A stretch of 64,000 bases of DNA from NCBI GenBank assembly GCA_017610175.1, contig JAFCCO010000002.1, positions 32,001 through 96,000 on the forward strand, written 5' to 3'. A model generated the notes under the pieces. It searched no databases and was not told where the DNA came from. It saw only the letters and a list, made by a program, of their open reading frames with translations. The stretch is from Candidatus Iainarchaeum sp. (GTDB lineage: Archaea; Iainarchaeota; Iainarchaeia; Iainarchaeales; GCA-2688035). Positions 49,128 to 58,106 of this stretch are shown one piece after another; position 1 is the stretch's first letter, and every line of letters begins with the position of its first letter. Made by a program: the position numbers and the translations under genes.

Positions 49128-50216
49128 TTACTCCCTCCTGTAGAAAGGCCTTTTCACAACCTTGGCCTTGAATTTATTTCCCCTCACCTCAACCTCAATG
49201 CCCTGTCCTGGCTCTGAGAATTCGGCTCCAATATAACCAAGCCCTATGTTCTTTTTAAGGCTTGGTGAAAAGCTTCCTGAGGTAACAATTCCGCTTTCTT
49301 TCCCTTCAACAAAAATTTTGCATCCGTCCCTTGCAATCGCCCGCTCAACCATTTCAAACGCAATCAGCTTGCCCCCAAAGCCATCCGCTTTCTGCTTTTC
49401 AAGCGCTTTCTTCCCAATAAATTCTTCCTTTTCAAAGTCAACAGCCCAACCATAACCGCTCTGCAGCGGACTCTTTTTTTCACTCAATTCGTGCCCGTAA
49501 AGCGCCATGCAGCACTCCAGCCTCAGCGTGTCCCTTGAAGCAAGGCCGCAGGGCTGCAGTTCAAATTTCTTTCCTGCCTCAAGCAATGCATTCCACAATT
49601 CAACGGCCTTTTCCTCTGCAAAATACAGTTCAAACCCGTCTTCGCCCGTGTATCCGGAGCGCGACACAATTGACTCAATTCCCGCAATGCTTGCTTCAAC
49701 AAAATTGTAGCGTTCAATCCCGCTTAGTTTGAATTCAGTTAATTTTTGCAATATTTTCTCCGCGTTCGGCCCCTGCAGGTCAAGCTTTGCGGTTTTCCCG
49801 CTTTTGTTTTCAATTGCACAATCCATGCCTGCGGCGTGCTTTTCAATCCAGTTCAAATCGTTTTGCATTGTGCCCGCGTTAACTACAATCAAGTACTTTT
49901 CTTCGCTGAACCTGTAAACAATCAAATCATCAATTATCCCGCCGGCTTCATTGCACATCACGCCCAAAGCCATTCCGCCGTCCCTTAACTTTGAGCAATC
50001 CCTTGTCACAAGCAGTTGAATAAGTTTAAGTGCTTCCTTCCCTGTTACAAAGATTTCGCCCATGTGACTTACGTCAAACAGCCCAGCCTTTCCGCGCACG
50101 GCAAGGTGTTCCTTTAAGGGGGTAGAATAGTACACAGGCATTTCCCAGCCTGCAAAATCAACAATTTTGGCTCCGAGCCTCTGGTGCTCTTCGAACAAAG
50201 CGGTTTTTTGCCCCAC
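49128..50216 (-). CDS. gcvT: Glycine cleavage aminomethyltransferase T
   Basis: FAGWEMP, FDVSHMGE, RSGYTGEDGFE, RDTLRLE; GTG start at 50216 preferred. Confidence 0.96.
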   Translation of the reverse strand: MGQKTALFEEHQRLGAKIVDFAGWEMPVYYSTPLKEHLAVRGKAGLFDVSHMGEIFVTGKEALKLIQLLVTRDCSKLRDGGMALGVMCNEAGGIIDDLIVYRFSEEKYLIVVNAGTMQNDLNWIEKHAAGMDCAIENKSGKTAKLDLQGPNAEKILQKLTEFKLSGIERYNFVEASIAGIESIVSRSGYTGEDGFELYFAEEKAVELWNALLEAGKKFELQPCGLASRDTLRLECCMALYGHELSEKKSPLQSGYGWAVDFEKEEFIGKKALEKQKADGFGGKLIAFEMVERAIARDGCKIFVEGKESGIVTSGSFSPSLKKNIGLGYIGAEFSEPGQGIEVEVRGNKFKAKVVKRPFYRRE

Positions 50217-50281
50217 ATCAAAGAGATACACCCAAGCTTTTTAATCCCTTTTGTCTTATTTGTGTTTATTGGGGGATTTGG

Positions 50282-51892
50282 TTGGTTGACTTAGTTCCAA
50301 TTATCTTTGGAGTTGTAGGGGGATTAGCCCTTTTTCTTTACGGGATAACCCTGCTTAGCAATGGATTGCAGAAAGCTGCAGGCGAAAGGCTCCGTGGTTT
50401 AATTGAAAAGCTTACAAACAACCGCTTAAAGGCGGTTGGGGTTGGGGCGGTTGTTACCGCAATTGTTCAGAGCAGCAGCATTACAACAGTTACCCTTGTT
50501 GGCCTCATTAATGCGGGCTTAATTTCCTTAACGCAGGCAATTCCCATCATTATGGGTGCAAACATCGGTACAACGGTTACCGCGCAGCTGATTGCGTTCA
50601 AACTTGGCGGCTTTGCCCTGCCAATAATCGCAATCGGGTTCCTGATTACAACAATTGCCAAGAAACCGTCCTACAAGTATCTTGGGCAGATAATTCTTGG
50701 CTTTGGATTGCTTTTCCTCGGAATGTCCACAATGAGCTCCGGCATGAAACCATTGAGAAGCGACCCAATGATGCTTGATTTCCTGCAGTCCCTTGGAGCA
50801 GTTCCGCTATTTGGAATTGCAGCTGGGGCAATCTTTACTGCAATACTCCAAAGCAGCAGTGCAACATCGGGTTTGGTGATTGCAATGGCTTCAGAGCAAT
50901 TGCTTGACCTCAACGGAGCAGTTGCATTAATAATCGGTGCAAATATCGGAACCTGCATCACAATTTTGTTTGCCTCATTTGGCGCAAGCCTCACAAGCAA
51001 GAGGGCTGCGCTGAGCCACATTATTTTCAACATTCTTGGCGCCGCAATTTTCTTTGCAGTTTTCGCGCCCTTTGTTTCGCTTGTTTCGCTCACCGCAACA
51101 GAGCTTCCAAGGCAGATTGCAAACGCGCACATGATTTTCAACATTTCCGCAACAGTCCTAATGGTTCCGTTTGTTGGCCTGTTTGTTAAGGCGGTCACAA
51201 CAATTCTTCCCGGAAAGGAGATTAGGATTGATTCGGGAATTAGGTTCCTTGACAAGCGCACACTCAACACGCCTGCAATTGCACTGGGGCAGGCGGAGAA
51301 GGAGGCAAAGCGCATGGGAAAGCTTGCCCTGTCCACCCTTGAAGACAGCTTTGTTGCATTCAAGAACAATGATTTGCGGATGGTTAAGGTTGTGGAGAAA
51401 AAAGAGGACGCGGTTGATGAGTTGGACAACGCAATCGAGGCATTTTTAACAAAGGTTACCCAAAAGGAACTAAGCCGCGAGCAGTCAAAGAAAACGTCCG
51501 CGCTGGTTCACTCAATTTCCGACATGGAGAGAATCTCTGACCACGCAAACAACATTGGCGAGCTCTCTGAACTGAAAACCTGTGAAAAAATTGTGTTCTC
51601 CAAACAGGCAATGTGTGAGCTTGAAGAGCTTTTTGCAAAAAGCTTTGATTCCTACCGCAAGGCTTTAAGTGTAATGGTTTCAAAGAACCCCCATGTTGCG
51701 GAACAGGTGTTTGCGCTTGAGCGCGAAATAGACGGGTTGACCGCACAATTTGAGCAAAACCACTTTGACAGGCTGAAGAACAGCAAGTGTGACCCAAAGG
51801 CAAGTGTTGTGTTTGCGGAAATGCTTCGCAATCTTGAAAGAATTTCCGATCACGCGCACAATATTGCAATGGCAAGCAGTCAGGGATTTTAA
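50282..51892 (+). CDS. Na/Pi cotransporter with PhoU domains
   Basis: Two QSSS and GANIGT repeats; C-terminal ERISDHA repeats. Confidence 0.93.
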   Translation: MVDLVPIIFGVVGGLALFLYGITLLSNGLQKAAGERLRGLIEKLTNNRLKAVGVGAVVTAIVQSSSITTVTLVGLINAGLISLTQAIPIIMGANIGTTVTAQLIAFKLGGFALPIIAIGFLITTIAKKPSYKYLGQIILGFGLLFLGMSTMSSGMKPLRSDPMMLDFLQSLGAVPLFGIAAGAIFTAILQSSSATSGLVIAMASEQLLDLNGAVALIIGANIGTCITILFASFGASLTSKRAALSHIIFNILGAAIFFAVFAPFVSLVSLTATELPRQIANAHMIFNISATVLMVPFVGLFVKAVTTILPGKEIRIDSGIRFLDKRTLNTPAIALGQAEKEAKRMGKLALSTLEDSFVAFKNNDLRMVKVVEKKEDAVDELDNAIEAFLTKVTQKELSREQSKKTSALVHSISDMERISDHANNIGELSELKTCEKIVFSKQAMCELEELFAKSFDSYRKALSVMVSKNPHVAEQVFALEREIDGLTAQFEQNHFDRLKNSKCDPKASVVFAEMLRNLERISDHAHNIAMASSQGF

Positions 51893-52149
51893 GCGCTTTC
51901 CTGGACGGCCTTCTCAATCTTTTCCCTGTCAAAACCCTCTACAATTGAGCCGTTTATGTCGAGGACTGGAAAGCTTACTTCAGTGCTTCCCTCTGTTCTA
52001 ACGCTTCTTCGCTTTTCAATCATTTCCCTTGCCTTTGACTTGTCGGCCATTACATCAAATTCCTCGAATTCAACGTTCAGTCTCTTCAGCAAGGCCTTTG
52101 CGGCGCGGCATTTTGCGCAGTTTGGCATTGAATAAACAATTACTCCCAT
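51889..52149 (-). CDS. Glutaredoxin-like protein
   Basis: YSMPNCAKC, SFPVLDING, GFD. Confidence 0.88.
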   Translation of the reverse strand: MGVIVYSMPNCAKCRAAKALLKRLNVEFEEFDVMADKSKAREMIEKRRSVRTEGSTEVSFPVLDINGSIVEGFDREKIEKAVQESA

Positions 52150-52229
52150 AATCAATCCCCCTTTTGAGAAAACAAAACACCGAAACGAATTTATAGGTTA
52201 CACAGTTTTCATTCTATTGGTGGGTCCAA

Positions 52230-52841
52230 TTGGTTCTTAAACTTGGAATTCTGGCTTCTACGCGCGGAACAGACATGCAGGCAGTAATTGACGCCATTGA
52301 GGCAAAAGAGCTTGATGCAGAGATTGCCTGCGTAATATCCAACAAAGAAGACTGCTTTGCGCTTGAGCGGGCAAAAAAGCACGGAATTGAGGCAATTTTC
52401 CTAAACCCAAAGGAATTCGGCTCAAAAGAGGCGTATGATAAACAGGTTGTAAAACTTTTGAATGAAAGGGAAGTTGGGCTTGTGCTTCTTATAGGCTATA
52501 ATAAGTTCCTTTCCGAGCCGTTCCTCAAAGCCTTTGAAAACAGGGCAATGAACATTCACCCGTCACTTCTTCCGGCTTTCAAGGGCTGGGACACAAACGT
52601 GCACCAGGAGGTTTTGGACGAGGGATGCAAGGTTTCGGGATGCTCGCTTTTCTTTGTGACAGAGGAGCCCGACGGGGGTCCGATTGTTGCACAAAAGGCT
52701 GTTGAGGTTGAAGAGGACGAGACAGTTGATTCACTGAAAGAGAAGGTTCAGAGGGCAGAGCAGGAAATAATTGTGAAGGGCGTAAGGCTTTTTGCAGAAG
52801 GGAAGTTGAAAGTTGATGGAAACAAGGTGAAGGTGGTTTAA
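52230..52841 (+). CDS. purN: Phosphoribosylglycinamide formyltransferase
   Basis: ASTRGTDMQA, NIHPSLLPAF, DGGPIVAQ. Confidence 0.95.
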   Translation: MVLKLGILASTRGTDMQAVIDAIEAKELDAEIACVISNKEDCFALERAKKHGIEAIFLNPKEFGSKEAYDKQVVKLLNEREVGLVLLIGYNKFLSEPFLKAFENRAMNIHPSLLPAFKGWDTNVHQEVLDEGCKVSGCSLFFVTEEPDGGPIVAQKAVEVEEDETVDSLKEKVQRAEQEIIVKGVRLFAEGKLKVDGNKVKVV

Positions 52842-54391
52842 TGGCAAAGAAAAGGGCATTAATTTCGGTTTCGGACAAAACAGGGCTGGGAAAGCTTGCA
52901 AAGGTTCTTGAAAAGCACGGCTTTGAGATTATTTCAACAGGCGGAACCGCAAGGGCGATTGAAGAGTCCGGAGCAAAGGTAACCCCTGTTGAAAACGTAA
53001 CCGACTTCAAGGAAATGCTGGACGGGCGCGTTAAAACACTTCACCCAAAAATTCACGCAGGAATCCTCGCACTCAGGGACAGCAAAAAGCACATGACCCA
53101 GCTGGAGGAAGCAAACATTTTCCTAATCGACCTTGTGGTGGTAAATCTTTATCCATTCAGAAAAACAGTTGAGGGCGGAGCGCCGCTTGACGAAGTAATT
53201 GAAAACATTGACATCGGCGGGCCGACTTTGATTCGCGCCGCAGCCAAGAATTTCCAGGATGTTGCGGTTGTTGTTCATCCTGACCAGTACAAGTTAATTG
53301 AGGAAGAGCTTGAGAAAAACAATGGCGAAATTTCCCAGAAAACAAGGCAGTTGCTTGCAGCCAAGGCATTTGAGCACACGGCCTACTATGACACAACAAT
53401 CAACACATTTCTGCACGGAAAGTTCAATCCGGACGAATTGTTCCCGGTTGACTTCAGTGTAAACTACCGCAAGGTAATGGATTTAAGGTACGGGGAGAAC
53501 CCGCACCAAAAGGCAGCGCTCTACAAGGAAAGTTTTGTACACAACCCAAGTGTTGCAACCGCAACAATTCTGAACGGAAAGCCGCTTTCGTTCAACAATA
53601 TTTTTGATGCAAACGACGCAGTTGCAGTTGTTCAGGAGTTTGAGGAACCGGCAGCGTGCCTGATAAAGCACAACAATGCATGCGGTACAGCGGTTTCGGC
53701 CTCACTTTCAGAGGCATTTGAGAAAGGGCACCAGTGCGATCCAAAGAGCGCGTTTGGTTCAATTATTGCATTGAACAGAAAATGCGATCTTGAAACCGCC
53801 AAGAAGATAACCTCCTTCTTCAACGAGCTGGTGCTTGCACCCTCCTACAATGAGGACGCGCTTGCAGAGCTTAAGAAAAAGCAGAACCTCCGTGTTCTGG
53901 AGCTTCCTGGAATCGACAAGCCACTGGAGCAGGAGGGCCTTGACTACAAAAAGGTTGAGGGCGCAATGCTTGCGCAAACAAAGGACTTCATTGACAAAAA
54001 CGAGTTTGACCTGAACGTTGTTTCGGAGAAAAAGCCGACAAAGGAACAGATTAAGGACATGGTTTTTGCGTGGCGCATTGTAAAGCACATCAAAAGCAAT
54101 GCAATTGTTCTTGCAAAGGACCAGGCAACGGTTGGAATTGGGGCAGGGCAAATGTCCCGCGTTGACTCTGTTGAAATTGCGGTCAATAAGGCAGGAGGAC
54201 GCGAGAAAGGGGCGGTTCTTGCTTCAGACGGCTTCTTTCCCTTCAGGGACAACATTGACATTGCGGCCGAGCACGGAATTGAGGCCATTATTGAGCCAGG
54301 CGGCTCGGTAAAGGACCAGAAAATAATCGATGCCGCAAACGAAAAGGGCTTGGTGCTTGTTTTTACGGGTGCAAGGCACTTCAAGCACTAA
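52841..54391 (+). CDS. purH: Bifunctional AICAR transformylase/IMP cyclohydrolase
   Basis: ALISVSDK, GRVKTLHP, IDIGGP, LRYGENPHQ, KSNAI, ASDGFFPF, RHFKH. Confidence 0.98.
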   Translation: MAKKRALISVSDKTGLGKLAKVLEKHGFEIISTGGTARAIEESGAKVTPVENVTDFKEMLDGRVKTLHPKIHAGILALRDSKKHMTQLEEANIFLIDLVVVNLYPFRKTVEGGAPLDEVIENIDIGGPTLIRAAAKNFQDVAVVVHPDQYKLIEEELEKNNGEISQKTRQLLAAKAFEHTAYYDTTINTFLHGKFNPDELFPVDFSVNYRKVMDLRYGENPHQKAALYKESFVHNPSVATATILNGKPLSFNNIFDANDAVAVVQEFEEPAACLIKHNNACGTAVSASLSEAFEKGHQCDPKSAFGSIIALNRKCDLETAKKITSFFNELVLAPSYNEDALAELKKKQNLRVLELPGIDKPLEQEGLDYKKVEGAMLAQTKDFIDKNEFDLNVVSEKKPTKEQIKDMVFAWRIVKHIKSNAIVLAKDQATVGIGAGQMSRVDSVEIAVNKAGGREKGAVLASDGFFPFRDNIDIAAEHGIEAIIEPGGSVKDQKIIDAANEKGLVLVFTGARHFKH

Positions 54392-54461
54392 AAGGCAATT
54401 CAGGCATTGAAACACAATTCATAACATTTTAAAGCTTTCAATGCCACAAATATATCCAACT

Positions 54462-54598
54462 GCCGGCGTGGCGGAGCGGTCAAACGCGGTGGCCTTGAGG
54501 CACCCTTTCTTTGAAAGAAAGCGTGCACGGAAAGAATCCGTGGGTGCAAGTGAGCCATTTTCCGAAAGGAAGCACAGGTTCGAATCCTGTCGCCGGCG
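54462..54598 (+). tRNA. tRNA-Ser(TGA) with a 53-nt intron at 37/38 (54500-54552)
   Basis: Acceptor GCCGGCG/CGCCGGC, G73, long variable arm; canonical BHB (helix CTTG/CAAG, bulges AG^G and TG^A, outer helix CACCC/GGGTG). Confidence 0.92.
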
Positions 54599-54600
54599 AA

Positions 54601-54640
54601 CACCCTTTCTTTTGGGAAAAGAAAGCGTGTACGGAAAGAA
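54601..54640 (+). repeat. Near-copy of the tRNA-Ser intron segment 54501-54536
   Basis: CACCCTTTCTTTTGGGAAAAGAAAGCGTGTACGGAAAGAA vs CACCCTTTCTTTGAAAGAAAGCGTGCACGGAAAGAA. Confidence 0.85.
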
Positions 54641-54699
54641 AAATAGTTTCAAGAGAAAAAGAAAAGATAGGTTTCAAAAAGAAAATCTTTTTGAGAACT

Positions 54700-54783
54700 G
54701 CGGAGGTGGCGGAGCGGTTAAACGCGCCAGCTTGGAAAGCTGGTTCCTTCACGGGAGCGCGAGTTCGAATCTCGTCCTCCGCG
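54700..54783 (+). tRNA. tRNA-Ser(GGA)
   Basis: Acceptor GCGGAGG/CCTCCGC, anticodon arm CCAGC-TTGGAAA-GCTGG, long variable arm, G73. Confidence 0.95.
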
Positions 54784-54859
54784 CTTTTTTTTTGTTAAAA
54801 AATCGTGTTGCATATGGTTTTTTATAGTTCTTTGAGTATACTTATTTTGGGTGAATTTA

Positions 54860-55000
54860 ATGGCTGAAACTGTTACAATTCCAAAAGAAGAGTATAAATC
54901 TCTTAAGAAAAAAGCAAGCTTTGCTGATGATGTTTTGATTCAGCTGGAAGCTAGTTTGAAGGATGTTGAAGCCGGTAGAATAAGTCCTGCTGTTCATTAA
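54860..55000 (+). CDS. Small antitoxin-like protein (46 aa)
   Basis: MAETVTIPKEEYKSLKKKASFADDVLIQLEASLKDVEAGRISPAVH; SD GGTGA upstream; below the ORF-track length cutoff. Confidence 0.7.
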   Translation: MAETVTIPKEEYKSLKKKASFADDVLIQLEASLKDVEAGRISPAVH

Positions 55001-55302
55001 TTTCTTTCAACCAATTTTTTGTATTTTTCCTTATTTTGCAGAATGTGTTCAATTATCTTTTGCTGTTTTTTCTTTGAGCCGAATGCAACCAGCAAAATAG
55101 TGCTTGATTTTTTGTAAACAAGATAATACAACCGTTTTCTGCCAAACTTTTTTTCACGAAACCACTCAAAGCGCAAAGGCTTTCCAACATCGGCACTTTT
55201 TTTCAGTTGTTCAATAATTTTCTTTATCCAATCTTTTTCTATTTTCTCAAGTGTTTCAAATAAACGAGAAAAAGCTTCTGTTTCCAAAACAACATTTGGC
55301 AT
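54997..55302 (-). CDS. RelE/ParE-like toxin
   Basis: Basic 101-aa protein with VGKPLRFEWFREKKFGRKRLYYLV. Confidence 0.75.
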   Translation of the reverse strand: MPNVVLETEAFSRLFETLEKIEKDWIKKIIEQLKKSADVGKPLRFEWFREKKFGRKRLYYLVYKKSSTILLVAFGSKKKQQKIIEHILQNKEKYKKLVERN

Positions 55303-55535
55303 AATCGAATTAAAACAAAAGAATATTTAAGTTCATTGCAAAATTATTCCCTGTAATAAGGGAATATAATGCAAACAAAACAACTAGCAAAAAAATTCGA
55401 ACTCACCAACTACCAACCAAAAAAATCTAATCGGCTTTCTCGAATCTCGCCCTCCGCGCTCTTCACTCTTTTTTTGGCAAAAGAAATAAAAAAAAAGGGG
55501 AGCGTTTCGGTTTTCCAAAACGCCTTTTTCTTTGT

Positions 55536-56402
55536 TCACTGTATTTCGAATTGAACGCTTACCGAAGTGGTAAACTCTATGTCGCCGGGAGTTATTGGTG
55601 TTGGGGCACTTCCTGACTCCATGTTGTCCATTGTGGCGAACGACTTTGCGTAGTATGGCACTGAATAGCCAGAACTTTCGCTTGCGCCGTAAACCGGTCC
55701 GACAGAAATTCCAAGGCCTTCTGCAATGCTTTGCGCCTTTGCGCGCGCGTTTGCGGAAGCGTCTTTCAAAGCCTCTGCCCTCAGGCTTGCCTCTGTTTCC
55801 TTTGTCAGCGCAAAAGAAATGCTGTTTACACTGTTTGCTCCCGCGGAAACCGCCGCGTCTATTACTTCCCCAACGGCGCCAAGGTCCTGCACTTTTACCC
55901 TAACCCTGTTTGTGGTCTTGTAGCCCACTGATTCAGATTTTCTGATGACTTCGTTCCACTTGAATTCTTCGCGCAGGCTGTAGGACGCGGTTTCAATGTT
56001 TTCCTTGTTAATTCCCTTGGTTTTCAGTGCGTCCATTACCTTGTTTGCAAGGGTTGCGTTGTCAGCCTGGCTTTTGCTCGCACTTTTGTCAAGTGTTTCA
56101 ATGCTCAGCGTGATGTAAGCAAGTTCTGGGCTGGCTGTCTTTGTCACTGTTCCTGAAACAGAGATTAGTCTTATTTTTTTTTCGGATTCGTCTTCGGCAA
56201 AGCTTATTGCCCCACCATCAAAGCCGCTTAAACTGGCTTCGATTGCAGTACTGCTTGATTTCTGCAAATAATTTGGAATCTGCACAACCACCTGGGCTTT
56301 TTCCTCAGGCGGAATGTTCAATGAGTAGAATCCAATTCCCACCGAAATAATCATTGCTGCGATAATAAGCGAAGCCGGCAAAATCCATTTGTTTTCAAAC
56401 AT
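55536..56402 (-). CDS. SIMPL (DUF541) domain protein
   Basis: N-terminal TM, ISVSGT...PELAYI, IDAAVSAGANSV, ARAKAQSIA, SVSVQF. Confidence 0.9.
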   Translation of the reverse strand: MFENKWILPASLIIAAMIISVGIGFYSLNIPPEEKAQVVVQIPNYLQKSSSTAIEASLSGFDGGAISFAEDESEKKIRLISVSGTVTKTASPELAYITLSIETLDKSASKSQADNATLANKVMDALKTKGINKENIETASYSLREEFKWNEVIRKSESVGYKTTNRVRVKVQDLGAVGEVIDAAVSAGANSVNSISFALTKETEASLRAEALKDASANARAKAQSIAEGLGISVGPVYGASESSGYSVPYYAKSFATMDNMESGSAPTPITPGDIEFTTSVSVQFEIQ

Positions 56403-56595
56403 CCTGTTTCACCTCCTGAAAACACTAACGGTTAAAGTCTAATTAAACCCTTTGTTTTTTTGTAAGCAAACAGTCTAACTAAAGTTTTTCAGGCAAAAGC
56501 ACAGGCAAAAGGGCTTTTTTGCAGAATCTTTTCTTTCGGTTTTAAGCGCTGTTGAATGCAAACCAATTTATTTACTTTGGGCATTAATTTGCTCT

Positions 56596-56817
56596 ATGAA
56601 TCAAACACAGTTTTTTGCGGTAATGCTTGTTTTGATTGGCTTTGCATTGCTTGTGGTTTTTCCAATTTTTGGAATTGTTGCGGGGAAATGGGTAATTGCG
56701 CTTTCGGTTGTCGGAGGCTGGGCTCTTGTGGTAATTGGGGCGGCAATTGCGGTTGTTTCCCTTGTGCTTGAACGGCTTGGGGACTTAAAGGCAGAAAAGT
56801 TTGACGAAAAATTTTGA
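56596..56817 (+). CDS. Small two-TM membrane protein
   Basis: Two hydrophobic helices and a charged tail; co-oriented with ybjQ. Confidence 0.65.
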   Translation: MNQTQFFAVMLVLIGFALLVVFPIFGIVAGKWVIALSVVGGWALVVIGAAIAVVSLVLERLGDLKAEKFDEKF

Positions 56818-56832
56818 GGAGAGTGGAAAAAA

Positions 56833-57147
56833 ATGATTATTGTAAACACAGATTTTGTTCAGGGAAAGAAAGTAGCTGAAACAATTGGAATTGTTAAGGG
56901 GAGCACAATCAGGGCAAAGTGGATTGGAAAAGACATTATGGCTGGCCTAAGGCAGCTTGTTGGGGGAGAGCTAAAGGAGTACACCGAAATGCTAACCGAG
57001 GCAAGAAAGCAGTCGGTGCAGAGAATGGTTCAGGATGCGGAAAGCCTTGGGGCCAACGGAATAATTAACATAAGGTTTACAACTTCGCAAATAATGTCTT
57101 CCGCAGCGGAAATACTTGTTTACGGAACCGCGGTAAAGCTAAAGTGA
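56833..57147 (+). CDS. ybjQ: YbjQ/UPF0145 family protein
   Basis: GKDIMAGLRQLVGGELKEYT, GANGII, EILVYGTAV. Confidence 0.93.
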   Translation: MIIVNTDFVQGKKVAETIGIVKGSTIRAKWIGKDIMAGLRQLVGGELKEYTEMLTEARKQSVQRMVQDAESLGANGIINIRFTTSQIMSSAAEILVYGTAVKLK

Positions 57148-57164
57148 ATTTTAATGGGATTTGA

Positions 57165-57380
57165 ATGTGCCTAACAATTCCAGCAAAGGTAGTTGAAGTG
57201 CTTGAGGACGGCACAGCATTTGTTGAACAGCCTGGGACAAAGCGCAAAATCATAAACATGATTAAGGCAAAGCCGGGAGAGTTCGTGCTCCTGCAGCAGG
57301 GAATGGCTGTGGACAAAATAAGCGAAAAAGAGGCCAACGAAACCTGGGCCTTGTGGAGCGAAGCCGCACAAAAACACTAA
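57165..57380 (+). CDS. hypC: HypC/HupF family chaperone-like protein
   Basis: MCLTIPAKVVE, PGEFVLLQQGMAVDKISEKEA. Confidence 0.8.
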   Translation: MCLTIPAKVVEVLEDGTAFVEQPGTKRKIINMIKAKPGEFVLLQQGMAVDKISEKEANETWALWSEAAQKH

Positions 57381-57383
57381 CTG

Positions 57384-58106
57384 TTATTTCATTCCATTAA
57401 CCGCTTCAATCGTTTTCCGGGTGTATTTCTCAAGATTTTGAACCTGTTTTTCGGAAAGCAACTCAATTGCGTTGCCCCAGTGAACCGAAATCCTTGCGCC
57501 CGCTTCAGCACCCAGCCCGAACGGGTTCTTCACCTGCCGAACATTCTCTTCAAGCCTTAAGTTCTTCCCTTCCAGCACAAGCCCTGTGCAATTTACGCTA
57601 ATTTCCTTTCCCGAATTTTTCAGAACACTTGCCTTGTGCACCAGGCATTCGGAGAGGTTTTCAACAACCGGGGCAACCTTCTGCGAAATGAAATTAATGT
57701 AGAGCACGTGCATTGAGTGGTGGGGAAGCATTTCGGCAGGGAGCTCCTCTGCCTTCTTTTTGCATATTCTCGCAGGCAAGCCGTGCTGCTTGAATGAAAG
57801 AATTGTTTCCCTAATTTTTTTGTGCTCCACGCTTTCAAGCACTTTGTTTCCCAGCCAGTAGGCCTCAATTACCTCTTCATCAAACGGCTTTAGGTTGTTT
57901 GCCTCTGCAATAAGCTCAAGGTAGGGTTGAAGTGCGTAAAATCCATGCAGGAGTTCTCTGGCTTTTGCTGCGTTTTCCTCGTTTGGATTCTCCTGCAGTT
58001 TCATGAATGCATGCCAGCTTCCGTTAGGCCCACAGTAACCAAGTTCGTTTGGAGGAAGTGAATAGATGCTTGCCCTTTTCAAGGCATTAACTTCGTTCGG
58101 CAGCAA
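57384..58106 (-). CDS. DUF6390-like hypothetical protein
   Basis: YSLPPNELGYCGP, PYLELIA, VIEAYWLGN, PHHSMHV, SVHWG; TTG start at 58106 after a GGGG SD. Confidence 0.75.
   Translation of the reverse strand: MLPNEVNALKRASIYSLPPNELGYCGPNGSWHAFMKLQENPNEENAAKARELLHGFYALQPYLELIAEANNLKPFDEEVIEAYWLGNKVLESVEHKKIRETILSFKQHGLPARICKKKAEELPAEMLPHHSMHVLYINFISQKVAPVVENLSECLVHKASVLKNSGKEISVNCTGLVLEGKNLRLEENVRQVKNPFGLGAEAGARISVHWGNAIELLSEKQVQNLEKYTRKTIEAVNGMK

Larger units (their letters stand above)
54765..55460. mobile_element. Remnant islet integrated at tRNA-Ser(GGA), bounded by att-like direct repeats
   Basis: TCGAATCTCGTCCTCCGCGCT (54765-54785) vs TCGAATCTCGCCCTCCGCGCT (55440-55460), 20/21 identical; AT-rich interior with TA-like genes; no integrase. 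Confidence 0.65.

Noticed and set aside
54462-54598. Selenocysteine or opal suppressor tRNA
   Set aside because: The anticodon is TGA (reads UCA, Ser), not TCA; normal 7-bp acceptor stem
54501-54640. CRISPR array from the duplicated ~36-bp palindromic unit
   Set aside because: Only two imperfect copies, the intervening sequence is the intron end plus tRNA exon, and no cas genes are present
54400-54827. Several ORF-track entries across the tRNA-Ser genes
   Set aside because: They overlap two well-formed tRNAs and have no protein motifs
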